NCBI RefSeq assembly: GCF_963921235.1
Contig: NC_086097.1
Location: forward strand, 241,554,001 to 241,618,000
DNA length: 64,000 bases
Origin: Mobula hypostoma
Lineage: Eukaryota
Reading direction: 5' to 3'
The position numbers and the translations under genes are program-made. The notes beneath the pieces are model-generated. The model saw nothing but the letters and a program-made list of their open reading frames with translations, was not told the origin of the DNA and ran no database searches. The first letter of the stretch is position 1, and each line of letters starts with the position of its first letter. Positions 39,581 through 52,200 of this stretch are shown piece after piece.

Positions 39581-39997
39581 TGTCACAACCACAGATTCTA
39601 CAGCGCAGCAGTTACAGCAATTGCATTCGTGAATATGCACGTGTCAGCTAATTATTATTTCATTGTGATAGTACTTAACTCCATTCATTCCGTTGTAGTA
39701 TTTGTCGAGACTTGGACATAGCTATGCTTCATTATCTGCATCCTGCCTTGCCTGAGAAATTGGACTGTCGAGTCAACTGACTCGGAAGACAAGCAGTATT
39801 CGTTTTATTCTTCGCTGTACTTTTCAGCCGCAGTGTAGGCTTTATTTTCAACTTGAATGTTTTAGTCAACAGCCCTGTTTAGCCCAGCGTTTATTGCTTT
39901 TTTTCCCTTTAACATTATTGGTATTAAAGTCTGTGAAATATCGACCCGCTTCAGTGACTCTCACTGCGCACTTGGGCCGTGTCCGTACCGGGTGACA
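39581..39997 (+). mobile_element. Solo LTR
   Basis: TGTCAC...GTGACA termini; 5-bp flanks cttgt/cttga; ATTAAA near 3' end; interrupts a Rex-like repeat. Confidence 0.8.
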
Positions 39998-41413
39998 CTT
40001 GAATCTTCTTCCCGATGGCAGCAGCAAAAAGAGAGCACGTCTTGGGTGGTGGGGGTCCCTGATGATGGCTGCTGCTTTCCTGCGACAACGTTTCATGTCG
40101 ATGTGCTCAATGGTTAGGAGGGCTTTACCTGTGATGGATTGGGCGATATCCGCTACCTTGGTTTTGAGGGGATTGTTTACAGTGTTTTCCAGTGTTTAAT
40201 TGGTGAGGGATTTTAGTTATTACTTGACAGTTTTGATAGCCAGGAAGCCCAAGACAATGATCCCATTAGCTGTCAAAAATTTTCCTGAGGTGGGATCTGC
40301 ACTTTCAGCAAGGACCTGCCCTCTGTGGGGCTAATCAATTGGGAATAGACATCGGTGGGTGGCATGGCGGATAGCGTAATGTTTTTACTGCTGCCTGTAA
40401 GGTGTTTGTACATTCCCCTCGTGACCACATGGGCTTCCTCCAGCTGCTCCAATCTACTCCCACTCCCCAAGAACATATGGTTTAGGATTAGAAAATCGTG
40501 AAAATGCTACTTTGGCATCGGCAGCATGGCAACACTTGTTTGGACAGTTTTCATCACTGATACACACAACGCATTTCACTGTATACTTCAATGTTTCGAT
40601 GAACATGTGAAATATGAAACTAACCTTTAATCTAATCTAAGATGTGTATCAATCATGGAGTAGACAGCAAAGGCACCTTATTACTCCCTGAGTTGGGCCA
40701 GACCAAACTATTCTGTTTGCATGCGAGCTCAGTTTCAACATTTAAGAGAAGTTTGAATAGGCATGTGGATTGTAGGAGCATGGAGGGGTATGGTCCCAGT
40801 GCAGGTCGATGAGAGTAGGCTGTTGAAGTGGTTTTGGCATGGACTAGATGGGCTGAAGGGCCTATTTCTGTGCTGTACTTCTCCACACCTCTATGACTTA
40901 ATCATTGATCAAGCCTCATTTCTAATACTGAGGGGAGCTACACTAGTCGAGGTACAGTCTTTCAAAGTCGGCCTCGAAGCAATACTCTAAATCCACACTG
41001 ACTCACAGTCAACATTCCTAAAACCATATTATCAGGCCATTATTACATCTGCATTTGTGGGAACTTGCTACACATATTTATTATCTGCATTACAATGGTG
41101 ATTGGGTGTGGGATGTTCTGAAAGGTATTAGTAAATGCAAATCTTTTTCAGCTTTATTAAGGAAGCAACTCTAGTTAACTTTTCAATTACCTTTGGGTCC
41201 TGACAAAAATATAAGTGAGAGAGCTAAATCCAGGTTCATTCAATGTTAAGAATGTGGTCATGTGGAATTGTGACTTACACCAAGAAAGAGATTTTTGTCT
41301 GCCCAGAATCCTTTTCTTAACAAAAATAGAACAAGAACTGCTCAATAAAAGTTTTAAACGATGTGCTCCACACATCCAGTGAGACAGTTTGATCCTGACC
41401 TCCAGTACTCTCA

Positions 41414-42446
41414 GGCTACGTCCACACTATTCCGCATAATTTTGAAAACGAAGTTTTTCTCTTCGTTTTGACCATCCGTCCACACTGAAACGACGTTTTC
41501 AGCCCCCGAAAACGGAGATTTTCAGAAACGGTCTCCAGAGTGAATAAATCTGAAAACGCCTAATATCCGTTGCAGTGTGTACGGGGTAACCAGAGCTTTT
41601 TAAAACTGCTGTCATGACGTGCCGGAACAGATGGCAGCAGCACGGCATTTCATTGTTTTATTATTATTATTATTATTATTACTTTATTGTTGCCAAACAG
41701 TTGATACTAGAGCGTACAATCATCACAGCGATATTTGATTCTGCACTTCGCAGAACCTAACCATTTCAGAACAGACAGCAACAAGACTGAAGCCAGAAGA
41801 GTTAGAAATGTACTCACCAAATACTTTGACTCATAGTTTACTGAATAAATAAGTGTACTCACTTTGCCCTGTTTTCTGTCCTTGCCACCTCCAGTTTACA
41901 TTCCATGCGGAATATTTTGGAGGATCAAGAACCAAGAACCAAGAACCAAGGTGGTTTACCTATTTATGCAAGTACTTCTCTGACAATAGATGTGTAACAG
42001 CCTAATGTAACATTGTATGGAAATACAGGATTTCTCTGATGCAGACATGTTTTTATACATTCAACAAGGTACTTTCTTAATGCAACAGAGTTACTCAGTT
42101 TTTCAATGTTTGTCGTCAGCCGGGTCATACTGTCCGTGAACTCCCTGTCGGTTGCCTCCATACGCTCCAGTATTTGCTTTTTTCAGTTTTAAGTCCTCCT
42201 GCACGAGAGCCAAGAGCAATTCCTTTTAACTTTTTCTACTCCATAACTGGACAAACGCACACCAAGTATACCGTTTCCTCTTCACTTGTTTTCTGTGTGT
42301 TCTGCGCATGCCCAGTAGGAGGAGATTCGCCCAAATATCCGTCTAATGTGGACAGAGGTATTTTTAAAAACGCTTAGTGTGGACGACTGTAGCTTTTACT
42401 CGAAACTGACGTTTTCAAAGTTATCCGGCGTAGCGTGGACGTAGCA
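41414..42446. mobile_element. PIF/Harbinger-type non-autonomous DNA transposon
   Basis: TIRs ggctacgtccacacta / tagcgtggacgtagca; 3-bp TSD tca (41411-41413, 42447-42449); subterminal ccacact repeats. Confidence 0.85.
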
Positions 42447-43179
42447 TCAGAGTGGACTTTGCACATTCTCCTTAGAGTTATAGTCATAGAACACTACAGC
42501 AAAATAAAACAGACCATTCAGCCCATCTAGACCATGATGACCCTTACTCTGCCTAGTCCCATTGACCTGTACCTGCACCATAGTCCTCCATACCCCTCCC
42601 ATCCATGTACCTATCCAAATTTCTCTTAAATTCTGAAATTGAGCTTGCATCCACCACTTCTGCTGGCAGCTCGTTTCACGCTCTTAATGCCAGAAGTGTG
42701 CAGATGCCGGAAATCCAAAGCAGCACACACAAAATGTCAGAAAGAACTCAAGAGGTTAGGCAGCACCCAGGGAAACCAACAAACTGTTGACGTTTCAGGC
42801 CAAGACCTTTCTTCAGGACTAGAAAAGAAGGGAGAGGACTTTGATAAAGAGCCAAAAGCGCTCTTTATGACTTTAGCTACTTGAGACTGTGTGGATTTGC
42901 CCAGGTGATTCCGATTTCCTCCCACATCCCAAAGGGTTCCTGAAGGGTTAATTGACTGCTGTGCTCTGTAGAGTGTGTAGGTGGGAAGAATCAATATGAG
43001 AGGATGGGCTCGTGAGGAAGAATAGGTCACAGGGAACTAAGTGGGACAGTGGTTAGGGGAGGTGTGAGGAATTGGAAGATTCAGATGTTTATTTAAAATG
43101 CCATTGTGCGGCCATAGGCCAGATGACCTGTTATGTCACTTCAGGGTTTTTTTTGTACATGTTTGAATTTAGATTCATA

Positions 43180-44150
43180 TTGTGGTCCATGGCCTCCTCT
43201 TGCACCACAAAGCCTCAGCATGAAGGAGCAACAACTTATATTTCGTCTGCGTAGCCTCAAACTGATGGCATGAATATTGATTTTTTTCCAGTAAAAATAG
43301 CTTCCCTCTCCTTCCCCTCTTCTTATATTCCCCATATTGGCCTTTTACCTCTTCTCACCTGCCTGTCACTTCCCCCTGGATCTCTTCCTTCTTCCTCCTT
43401 CCCTTTCTCCTATGGTCCACTCTCCCCTCCAATCAGATTCCTTCTTCTCCAGCCCTTTACCTTTGCCCCCGACCTGGCTTCACCTATCACCTTCTAGCTA
43501 TTGTCATTCCCCTCCCCCCACCTTTTAAATTCAGGCATCTTCCCCCTTCCTTTCCAGTCCTGATGGAGGGTCTCGGCCCGAAACGTCAACAGTTTATTCA
43601 TTTCCATAGGTGCTGCCTGACCTGCTGAGTTCCTCCAGCATTTTGTGTGTATATTGCTTTGACCTCAGCAATATACTGGAACAATGCTAAGCAGTGACAA
43701 CTTTTGCCCAATACACCACTGCAGTCAACCCAGAAGTGACAGGAGCTATGGTGACTCCTTTACTAAGCATCTGTGTCAAATTTAATCCCTCTGGTGCTAA
43801 TCCTCCTTCCCTTTCACCCATGGTCAACTTTCCTTGCCAATCAGAGTCCTTCTTCTTCAGCCTTTTAACTCTTCACCTCACAGTGTCTCACTTCATTTCC
43901 CTTCCCCACACACCTATCTTCCCCCTCACCTATCACCTGCCAGCTTGTACTCCAACCCCTCCCCCACCCCCTCTGTATTCTGTCTTCTGACACTTTCCTT
44001 TCCAGTCCTGATGAAGGCGGTCAACCTGAAACGTTGACTATTCATTCCTCTCCATAGATGCTGCCTAACCATCTGTTGTAATGTTAGAGTTCCTCCAGCA
44101 TTTTGTGTTTGATCCTTTGGATTTCCAGCATCTGCAGAATCACTTGTGTT
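43180..44150 (+). mobile_element. Two PLE terminal repeats in direct orientation, each with a hammerhead motif (43555-43590, 44003-44039)
   Basis: cagtc-CTGATGG..GAAACGTC and cagtc-CTGATGA-agg..cct-GAAAC-GTT-gact. Confidence 0.75.
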
Positions 44151-44213
44151 TATAAACAGTTGTTGATGGTCCATCCATTCTATAATGTGGATTTTAAGTA
44201 ACACTACATCTTG

Positions 44214-44523
44214 GGGGGCACGTGGCCAAGTGGTTAAAGCATTCGACTAGCGACCTGAAGGTCGTGAGTTCGAGCCCCAGCCAAGGCAACGTGTTGTGTC
44301 CTTGAGCAAGGCACTTAACCACACATTGCTCTGTGACGACACCAGTGCCAAGCTGTATCGGCCCTTGTCCTTCCCTTGGATAACATTGGTGTCGTGGAGA
44401 AGGGAGACTTGCAGCATGGGCAACTGCCTGTCTTCCATACAACCTTGCCCAGGCCTGCGCCCTGGAGAGTGAAGACTTTCCAGTCACAGATCCATGGTCT
44501 CGCAAGTCTAACGGATGCCTTAA
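44214..44523 (+). mobile_element. tRNA-derived SINE with CORE-like segment
   Basis: A box tggccaagtgg, B box gagttcgagcc, CORE-like gtgtccttgagcaaggcacttaacc; 8-bp TSD acatcttg (44206-44213, 44524-44531). Confidence 0.85.
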
Positions 44524-46136
44524 ACATCTTGATGCTCTATATGAGTTTTACTTATGTGCTACTGATCCTAATGGGGTCGGCAACACATCAATACCTTCTA
44601 ATGAAGAATGAGGGGGGGTCTCATTGAAACCTAACAAATATTGAAAGGCTTAGATAGAGTGGACATGGAGAGGATGTTTCTTTAGTAGGACCAGAGGCAC
44701 AGTCTCAGAATGGGAATCCCTTTAGAACAGGGATGAGGAAGAATTTATTTAGCCACAAGCTGGTGCATTGGGAATCCATTGCCACATATGGCTGTGGAAG
44801 CAAAATCATTAGGTATACTTAAAGCAGAGATTGATAGGTTCTAGATAAGTAAGGCTGTCAAAGGTTATGGGGAGAAAGCAGGAATATAAGGTTGAGAGGG
44901 ATAATAGGTCACCCACGATGAAAGGCAGAATAGGTATGATGGGCCCAATGGCCTAATTCTGCTCCTATGTCTTATTGTCGTATGGTTTATTAGATTCTAA
45001 GACTCAGATTGAGGACCAATGTGTTGGATTATTGCAAATCCACAAATTCCACTTTCCTTGTGTGTTAGTTTTTGACAGAAATTCATCAAATGTGACAAAG
45101 GCTTCGTCAGAATTGTGATAAGGCCTTGACACAGAACACCACACAATAACGTCTCAGCAACAATTTTGTTTCTCACAAGGAGATAACATTTCAAACATTT
45201 AGTAATTCTGTTTGTGTACAGATGTAAGTTGAGAGGATATAAATTAAAATGATCTGCTGAGTCGTATTCTGAACCACTAACCTCAAACACATTTCAAAGA
45301 ATAATATACCCTTTTGATCTTTGGGTGGATCTCAAACACCACCATCAGTAAAGATGTAAACAGTGCTAATGCATTCCTGGCTTTGTGATTCGAAACAAGT
45401 TTAGCTCCCTCTCATGGTTCAGTCAGCAACAGAGCTTTCTGGCCACCACCAGGCAGGCGACTAAAATGGCTGCAGTGCCAAGACCATGAACTTTCACAAC
45501 TAATGACCACTGAAGATAGGAACCATCATGATCATCGTCATTATGTGCTGTGTCGTATGATGTAGGTGATCATAGTCTTCCATCTGTCCATAATCTGCAA
45601 AGAATCACCACCTTGTTGGGAAGACACCCCTCACGCTGTCATTCCCAGTCCTTTCTCTATCCATGACAATGAGTATTCTTGGCCTTTGGCTCAAGATATT
45701 GCGCCGATCTTTTAACCTATTCAAAGATCAATCTAACCGTTCCTTCCCTCATTGTCATCCATTTTTCTGTCATCTACCTGCCCATCTAAGAACATCTTAC
45801 ATGCTCCTAATATATCTGCCTCTACCCCTCACCCATGGCTGGACATTCCACACACACATCCCTTCTATTCTTTCTTCCAATCACCTTACAATTATCATCA
45901 TCATCATCATCTTATGCACCATATCCTTTGACATGGGCAATCACGGTCCCATTCTTGGCAACTTTTTCTACTGAAGTGGTTTGCCACTGCCTCCTTCTGG
46001 GCAGTGTCCTTACAAGATGGGTGACCCCCAAACCATTATCAATACTCTTCAGAGACTGCCTGCCTGGTGTCAGTGGTCACACACTCTGCATATACTGTGT
46101 TTTATATTCTGCTTCCTCAAATATTCCAAAGATGTT

Positions 46137-46630
46137 CAGTACCATGCAAAATTCCTTGGCATATAAGACTTTTGCACAGTACTGCAGTAATTTTACGTAT
46201 TCCACAGTAGTGCCACCACAACAAAAAGAATTTCATGGCATACGTGAGGCATGATAAACCTGATGCTGATATGGGTCTCCATTGTGGACTGAGAGTGGGA
46301 AGTGGGCAGGTAGAGGAGAATCGTAGTTCGGAAAGGGGGAAGGGAGAAGGGAGGGAGCAGGAAGCATTCTGTAATGATCACTCATCAAATGACCTTGCCT
46401 GGTGTCTCAGGGCTGGTTGTGTCTGCACCTGCACTACCCCCCACCCCTGCCCCTGGCACTCCTTCTCTGTCACCCCTCCCATGACACTCCACCCTCATCT
46501 TCCCAGCACCCTTTGCTCCTGACAGATTTACAACTTCGCCCTCTGCTCCACGTTAACAACTAAGTAGTTTGCCAAAGTCTTAGGCGCCCCAGCTGTATAT
46601 ATGTGCCTAAGACTTTCACACAGTACTGTA
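46137..46630. mobile_element. Composite repeat bounded by small palindromic Tc1-like MITE units; inverted copy at ~49845-50320
   Basis: Units cagtactgtgc-aaagtctt..aagacttttgcacagtac at ~46137-46185, 46560-46630, 50250-50320; internal part inverted between copies. Confidence 0.6.
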
Positions 46631-47008
46631 TAGTACATTAGCTGTTCCCAATGACACTGATCAAACTTCTGAGATGAAGGCAGTGGAAAATGAGAACAAA
46701 AAGAAGAAATCTTTACAAGAGAGTGGTTAGCATCTGGGTTGTACTGCCAATAGTCACGGTGGATGCAGATACAACGCTCAAGGTAAATTTATTATCAAGG
46801 TATGTATATGTCCCCATATACTATATTGAGAATCACTTTCTTGCAGGCATTCACAGTAGAGCAGAGAAATACAAGAGACTCAATGAAAAACTACAAACAA
46901 AGAAGGACTGGCAAACAACCAATGAGTAAAAGAAGACAAACTAAAATTAATTAATTAATTAATTAATTAATAGCTAAATAAATAAAAACCAATCAATAGA
47001 TAGATTAA

Positions 47009-47665
47009 AAACGCAAACACAAGGAATTCTGCAGATGCTGGAAATTCAAGCAACACACAACAAAGTTGCTATCTGCCAGAGAAAGCTGGATCTCCCAGTG
47101 GCCACACATTTTAATTCCACGTCCCATTCCCATTCTGATATGTCTACCCACGGCCTCCTCTACTGTCAAGATGAAGCCACACTCAGGTTGGAGGAACAAC
47201 ACCTTATATTCCCTCTGGGTAGCCTCCAACCTGATGGCATGAACATTGACTTCTCAAACTTCCTCTAATGCCCCACCTCCCCCTCGTACCCCATCCGTTA
47301 TTTATTTGTATACACACATTCTTTCCCTCTCTCTCCTTTTTCTCTCTCTGTCCCTCTGACTATACCCCTTGCCCATCCTCTGGGTTTCCCCCGCCTCTCC
47401 CTTTTCCTTCTCCCTGGGCCTCCTGTCCCATGATCCTCTCATATCCCCTTTGCCAATCACCTGTCCAGCTCTTGGCTCCATCCCTCCCCCTCCTGTCTTC
47501 TCCTATCATTTCGGATCTCCCCCTCCCCCTCCCACTTTCAAATCTCTTACTAGCTCTTCCTTCAGTTAGTCCTGACGAAGGGTCTCGGCCCGAAACGTCG
47601 ACTGTACCTCTTCCTAGAGATGCTGCCTGGCCTGCTGCGTTCACCAGCAACTTTGATGTGTGTTG
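47009..47665 (+). mobile_element. 5'-truncated PLE with inverted tail; intact-looking hammerhead motif at 47568-47604
   Basis: 15-bp TSD caatagatagattaa (46994-47008, 47666-47680); GIY-YIG C-terminus; agtc-CTGACGA-aggg..ccc-GAAAC-GTC-gact. Confidence 0.88.
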
Positions 47666-48242
47666 CAATAGATAGATTAATTAATTATATATATTAAGGG
47701 CATTCAAATGAACAATACAAACAATATAAGCAATATGTTCAAAAGAAGACAAACTGTGCAAATACAAAAAAGAAGCTAATAATAAATAAATAAATTCTGG
47801 GAACATGATTTGTAGAGTCAGTTCAGTGTTGAGGAGAGTGAATTTATTCACTCAGGAGCAGCAACAGCATTCAGCAAGGAAAAAATATGCAAGGTTAAAG
47901 AGAGTGCAGGGAAGTAGGATTAGCTGCTTGCTACAACATAGAGCTGGTACCAATTTGATGGGTGGAGTGGCCTCCATCTACACCATATTTCATGATTCTT
48001 ATATGAGTAGTCAGCAGTTTGAAAAATGAGCTTTCTCCATCGATGCTGCCCGACCTTTTGTGTAATTCCAGCTCTTTCTGAGTCTACTTAGTTATTCAGT
48101 GAATGATGTTGAAACATAAAAGAATAGTATTCAAAAAGATTCTAACTAGATGTATCCAAACCCCCAACTATGACAAACAGAATTCTGACTCTGTACTGCC
48201 AACATAACTGAGAGCACATTGGAGGAAGCCAAGCTCAAAATG

Positions 48243-48660
48243 TAACCATAACCATATATAACGATATAACAATTACAGCACGGAAACAGGTCATCTCGGC
48301 CCTTCTAGTCCATGCCGAACTCTTACTCTCACCTAGTCCCACCGACCTTCACTCAGCCCGTAACCCTCCATTCCTTTCCTGTCCATATATCTATCCAATT
48401 TAACTTTAAACGACAACATCAAACCTGCCTCAACCACTTCTGCTGGAAGCTCGTTCCACACAGCTACCACTCTCTGAGTAAAGAAGTTCCCCCTCATGTT
48501 ACCCCTAAACTTTTGCCCTTAACTCTCAACTCATGTCCGCTTGTTTGAATCTCCCCCACTCTCAATGGAAAAAGCCCATCCACGTCAACTCTATCTATCC
48601 CCCTCATAATTTTAAATACCTCTATCAAGTCCCCCTTCAACCTTCTACATTCCAAAGAAA
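48243..48660 (-). mobile_element. CR1 3' fragment
   Basis: RRLKGDLIEVFKIMRGIDRVD; (ataacc)n tail on plus. Confidence 0.85.
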
Positions 48661-49096
48661 GATTCTGCGGAGCAACGCACACAAAATGCTGGAGGAACTC
48701 ACCAGGTCAGCCGGCATCTATGGAGAGGAACCAACAGTTGATACTTCGAGACAAGACCCTTCATGAGGACTAGAAGAGAGAGGGGAAGAAGCCAGAATAA
48801 GAATATGTGGGGAAGGGAAGGAGTACAATCTAGAAGGTGATAGGTAAAGCCGGGTAAGGGGGAAGGTAGGCGGGAGGAGGGAGGAGGGAGGATGAAGTAA
48901 GAACTTGATGGTTGTTATGTGGAAAAGGTAAAAGGCTGAAGAAGAAGGAATTTGATAGGAGAGAAGAGTGGAACCATGAAACAAAGGGAAGGAGGAAGGG
49001 AATGAGAGACAGTGATTGGCAGGTGAGGTAAAGAGAACGGATAAGGGTGGGGGGCAGAATGGGGAAAGGAAAAAGTGAGCAATTAATGTCCATGCT

Positions 49097-49264
49097 AACA
49101 CGAGGAAATCTGCAGATGCTGGAATTTCAAGCAACACACACAAAAAATGCTGGTTAACGCAGCAGGCCAGGCAGCATCTATAGGAAGAGGTACAGTCGAA
49201 GTCACCTCTTCCTGTAGATGCTGCCTGGCCTGCTGTGTTCACCAGCACTTTTTGTGTGTGTTGC
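49097..49264. mobile_element. 168-bp fold-back PLE-derived insertion within an older minus-strand PLE (~48670-49415)
   Basis: 14-bp TSD ttaatgtccatgct (49083-49096, 49265-49278); ~63-bp inverted arms. Confidence 0.85.
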
Positions 49265-50870
49265 TTAATGTCCATGCTGTCAGGCAGGAGGCTACCCAGA
49301 TGGAATATGAGGTGCTGCTCCATCAACCCGAGAGTGACCTCATCGCGGTGGTAAGGGAGGCCTTGGACCAACGTACAAGAATGGGAATGAGAAGTGGAAT
49401 GTAAATGGGTAATCACAGAGAAAGCCCACCAGTTGTGGTGCTCGAATTGTAGAGTGGTCTTGACAATATTCTGGTTGCTATACTGTGCCTTGTCACTTAA
49501 CTGCAGAGAAGAATTTCACTCTGGAATTGATTTAGGGAGCAGCCACACAGCTTATCCCAGGTAACAGAGGATCAAATTACATAGAATGATGGATGAGACT
49601 GGGGCTTACCTGAACAGGCAACAAGGTAAAGCAGAGGTGATTTTTATGGAATATAGGGTAATAAAACTATAGGATAAGTTTGGAACTCCAAAGCGATTAA
49701 AGGAAGATTAGCTTTATTTGCCACATGTACATTGAAACATGCAGTGAAGTGTGTTGTTTGCATCAACAGCCAACACAGTCCAAGGATAGTGCTGGGGGCA
49801 GCCTGCAAGTGTTGCCACAAATTCTGGTGCCAACTTTGTATGCTCTCAACATTTGTGTTTGTCAACGCAGAGCAGAGAGCAAGTTTGTAAATCCGGTTGG
49901 AACAATGGATGTTGGGAATGGCAAGAGTGGAGGGGTGTGGACAGGTGGAAGAGGAGTGCCGGGGGCAGGGATGGGGCGGGTGCAGACACGGCCAGCCCTG
50001 AGACACCAGGCAAGGTCATTTGAGTCTAAACAATTGTTTTATTGATCAGTTCAGAATGTCTCTCTGGTGCTTCCTGCTCCCTCCCCTCTCCCTTCCCCTT
50101 TTTCCAACCATGATCTCCCTCTCCCTGCCCCCTTCCCACTCTCAGTCCACAATAGAGACCCGTATCAGAATCAGGCTAATCATCACTCACATATGTCATG
50201 AAGTTTGGGTTTTTTTGTGACAGCAGTACAGTGTAATACATAAAACTACTACAGTACTGTGCGAAAGTCTTGGGCACCCTAGTTATAAATGTGTGCCTAA
50301 GACTTTTGCACAGTACAGTACATCGTTGGAATATTTGAGGAGACTGAAGCACCCAGGGGAAACACACATGGTCATGGGGAGAAAGTACTAACTCCTTACG
50401 GACAGCAATGGAAATTGAAACACAATAATTACTGATCATAGGCACTGCAAAGCACTGCGCTATCCACTAGGCTTGTGGTCCTGTGCACGCCAAGTTAAAT
50501 AAGACACAAGTTTAGAACAGTGAACAGGAAATCTAAGACTAATAGCAAGTTCTTCTTAAACAATAATTGCTATTGGATTTCAATAGAGCAGAGCTGAGGC
50601 TGATTTTACAAGAGATTAATACTGTGAGAATTCTCAATGTTGTTCAGAATGGATAAACTTGGAAGGCAAAATCACCCAACACATCTTACAAATACCTGGT
50701 GACAGAATCAGATTTTTTATATCATTATGAACTTTATTCATAATAAAGAATAGTTACAATTTTAAATTGTGCAGTGATTTTTCATTCTTACATTCATAGT
50801 CAAAGCTTTCAGTTTTGTTTTGTTTCATTCCTTAAAATCAATTGGACAGTTGCCATTCACTGGAGAGGTA

Positions 50871-51680
50871 CACTATTATAATAAAGCTTTTGCTTCCTGA
50901 ATACTTTTGGGTGTACCTTATGGATTTTGGGCTGCTGATTGTGAAAATCGCCATGAAATTTCCCTATCACCCACCTTTTGTTTGAAATTGCCTATGTTTT
51001 TTATTTCAATTCATAATTCAAGTTAGAATAACTGATGCCAAGATAAAGGAAATATTTTTGTTAGTTCACAAATCAAACAGGTCATCAATGACAGGCAGTT
51101 CAAGGAACTTCTAGTGGGACCGAAGAAAATTGCATGGAAGGTATTCAAGGATATTGTTGAATATTTTCTTGGCAACTACAGAGCACCAAACTACATGCAG
51201 CTGGTTGACAACCTGCTTCAGGCATACAAAACCATGAAGTGCAACGTGTCACTAAAGACTAATTTTCTGCATTCCCATTTAGACTTCTTCCCTGCAAATC
51301 TTGGCTCTGTCAGTGACATGCATGGTGAAAGTATTCACCAGGACATTGTAGCCATGGAGAAACATTATCAGGGCAACTGGAATCCATCAGTGCTGGCTGA
51401 TTATAGTTGAACACTTAAGCGAGAAGCCTGAGGTATTGAGTACAAATGAAAATCATCAACAAAACATTTTTAGCTTAATTGAACTATTGCAAAACATCAG
51501 CACTGTTATGCAATTAAACACATTCTATTCAGCAAAAGTTAACTTTCTTGTTTCTCCAAGTACCTACATGATACAAGTAGTCCGAAATTATATTTGTGTG
51601 TCAAGTTTCAATTGGTCTATCATAAACAAAAACAGTTTCTGAGGAAGCAATACTTTCGAAAAAAATATTGTTGTCCAGTA
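50871..51680 (+). mobile_element. Chapaev3-type (CMC) DNA transposon, internally deleted
   Basis: FLGNYRAPNY..SLKTNFLHSHLDFFPANLGSVSD.HGE..HQDI..MEK.YQG.W..LADY; ends CACT.. and ..ttgttgtccagt. Confidence 0.75.
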
Positions 51681-51696
51681 TAATTGAAGGTCTTCC

Positions 51697-52200
51697 TCAC
51701 CCAACCCAACCCCTCCCTGTCCAGTAGCAGAAGAAATCTATACTGTGGTCCTTCCCTGCCGAGCCCTTGCTGTGGATGCACCAAACTTCTGTGCATCCTA
51801 AGCACATACAGTATTCCTGCAGCCTGGAATGTGCCTGTCGGCAGCATTCCTTCACAGGCATCTTGATGTGCTGGCAGACCGACAAGTTCTGGGCAGACCA
51901 AAGGATGCCTTTTACCAAGTTGACTATCCGCCAGCACCATTGAATGTTCATCCCCATGTGTGCTGTTGGATGAGTTCGGGAGTCACCTCAGATGCCTCAG
52001 GAGGTATAATCTAAATTCAGGGTCCTGGACTGCCTCAGCAGCATCATTTCAAGACAGAGCGAAGAATGTGCCACGGACGCCAGCAGGATATTTCCATTCC
52101 CAAACTGTTTGGCATAAGTCAGCGCCAGTTTGCAATGTTGAAAGGCAGTTTGTACTGCTGACTCACATCCACTGGAACTTGGGTGAGACTCACCACAATC
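51697..52200 (-). mobile_element. Tx1/L1-clade ORF2 C-terminal fragment, old
   Basis: CWRIVNLVKGILWSAQNLSVCQH..ECCRQAHSRLQEY resembles Tx1-type ORF2 C-termini. Confidence 0.6.

Noticed and set aside
44214..44290. tRNA gene
   Set aside because: A/B boxes continue into a SINE body flanked by a TSD.
48718..49416. 232-aa minus-strand ORF
   Set aside because: Reads through a decayed PLE end, the fold-back insert and a pyrimidine-rich repeat; low complexity.
49506..49560. 54-nt plus-strand AG..GT micro-exon candidate
   Set aside because: Too short, no recognisable product or partner exon.
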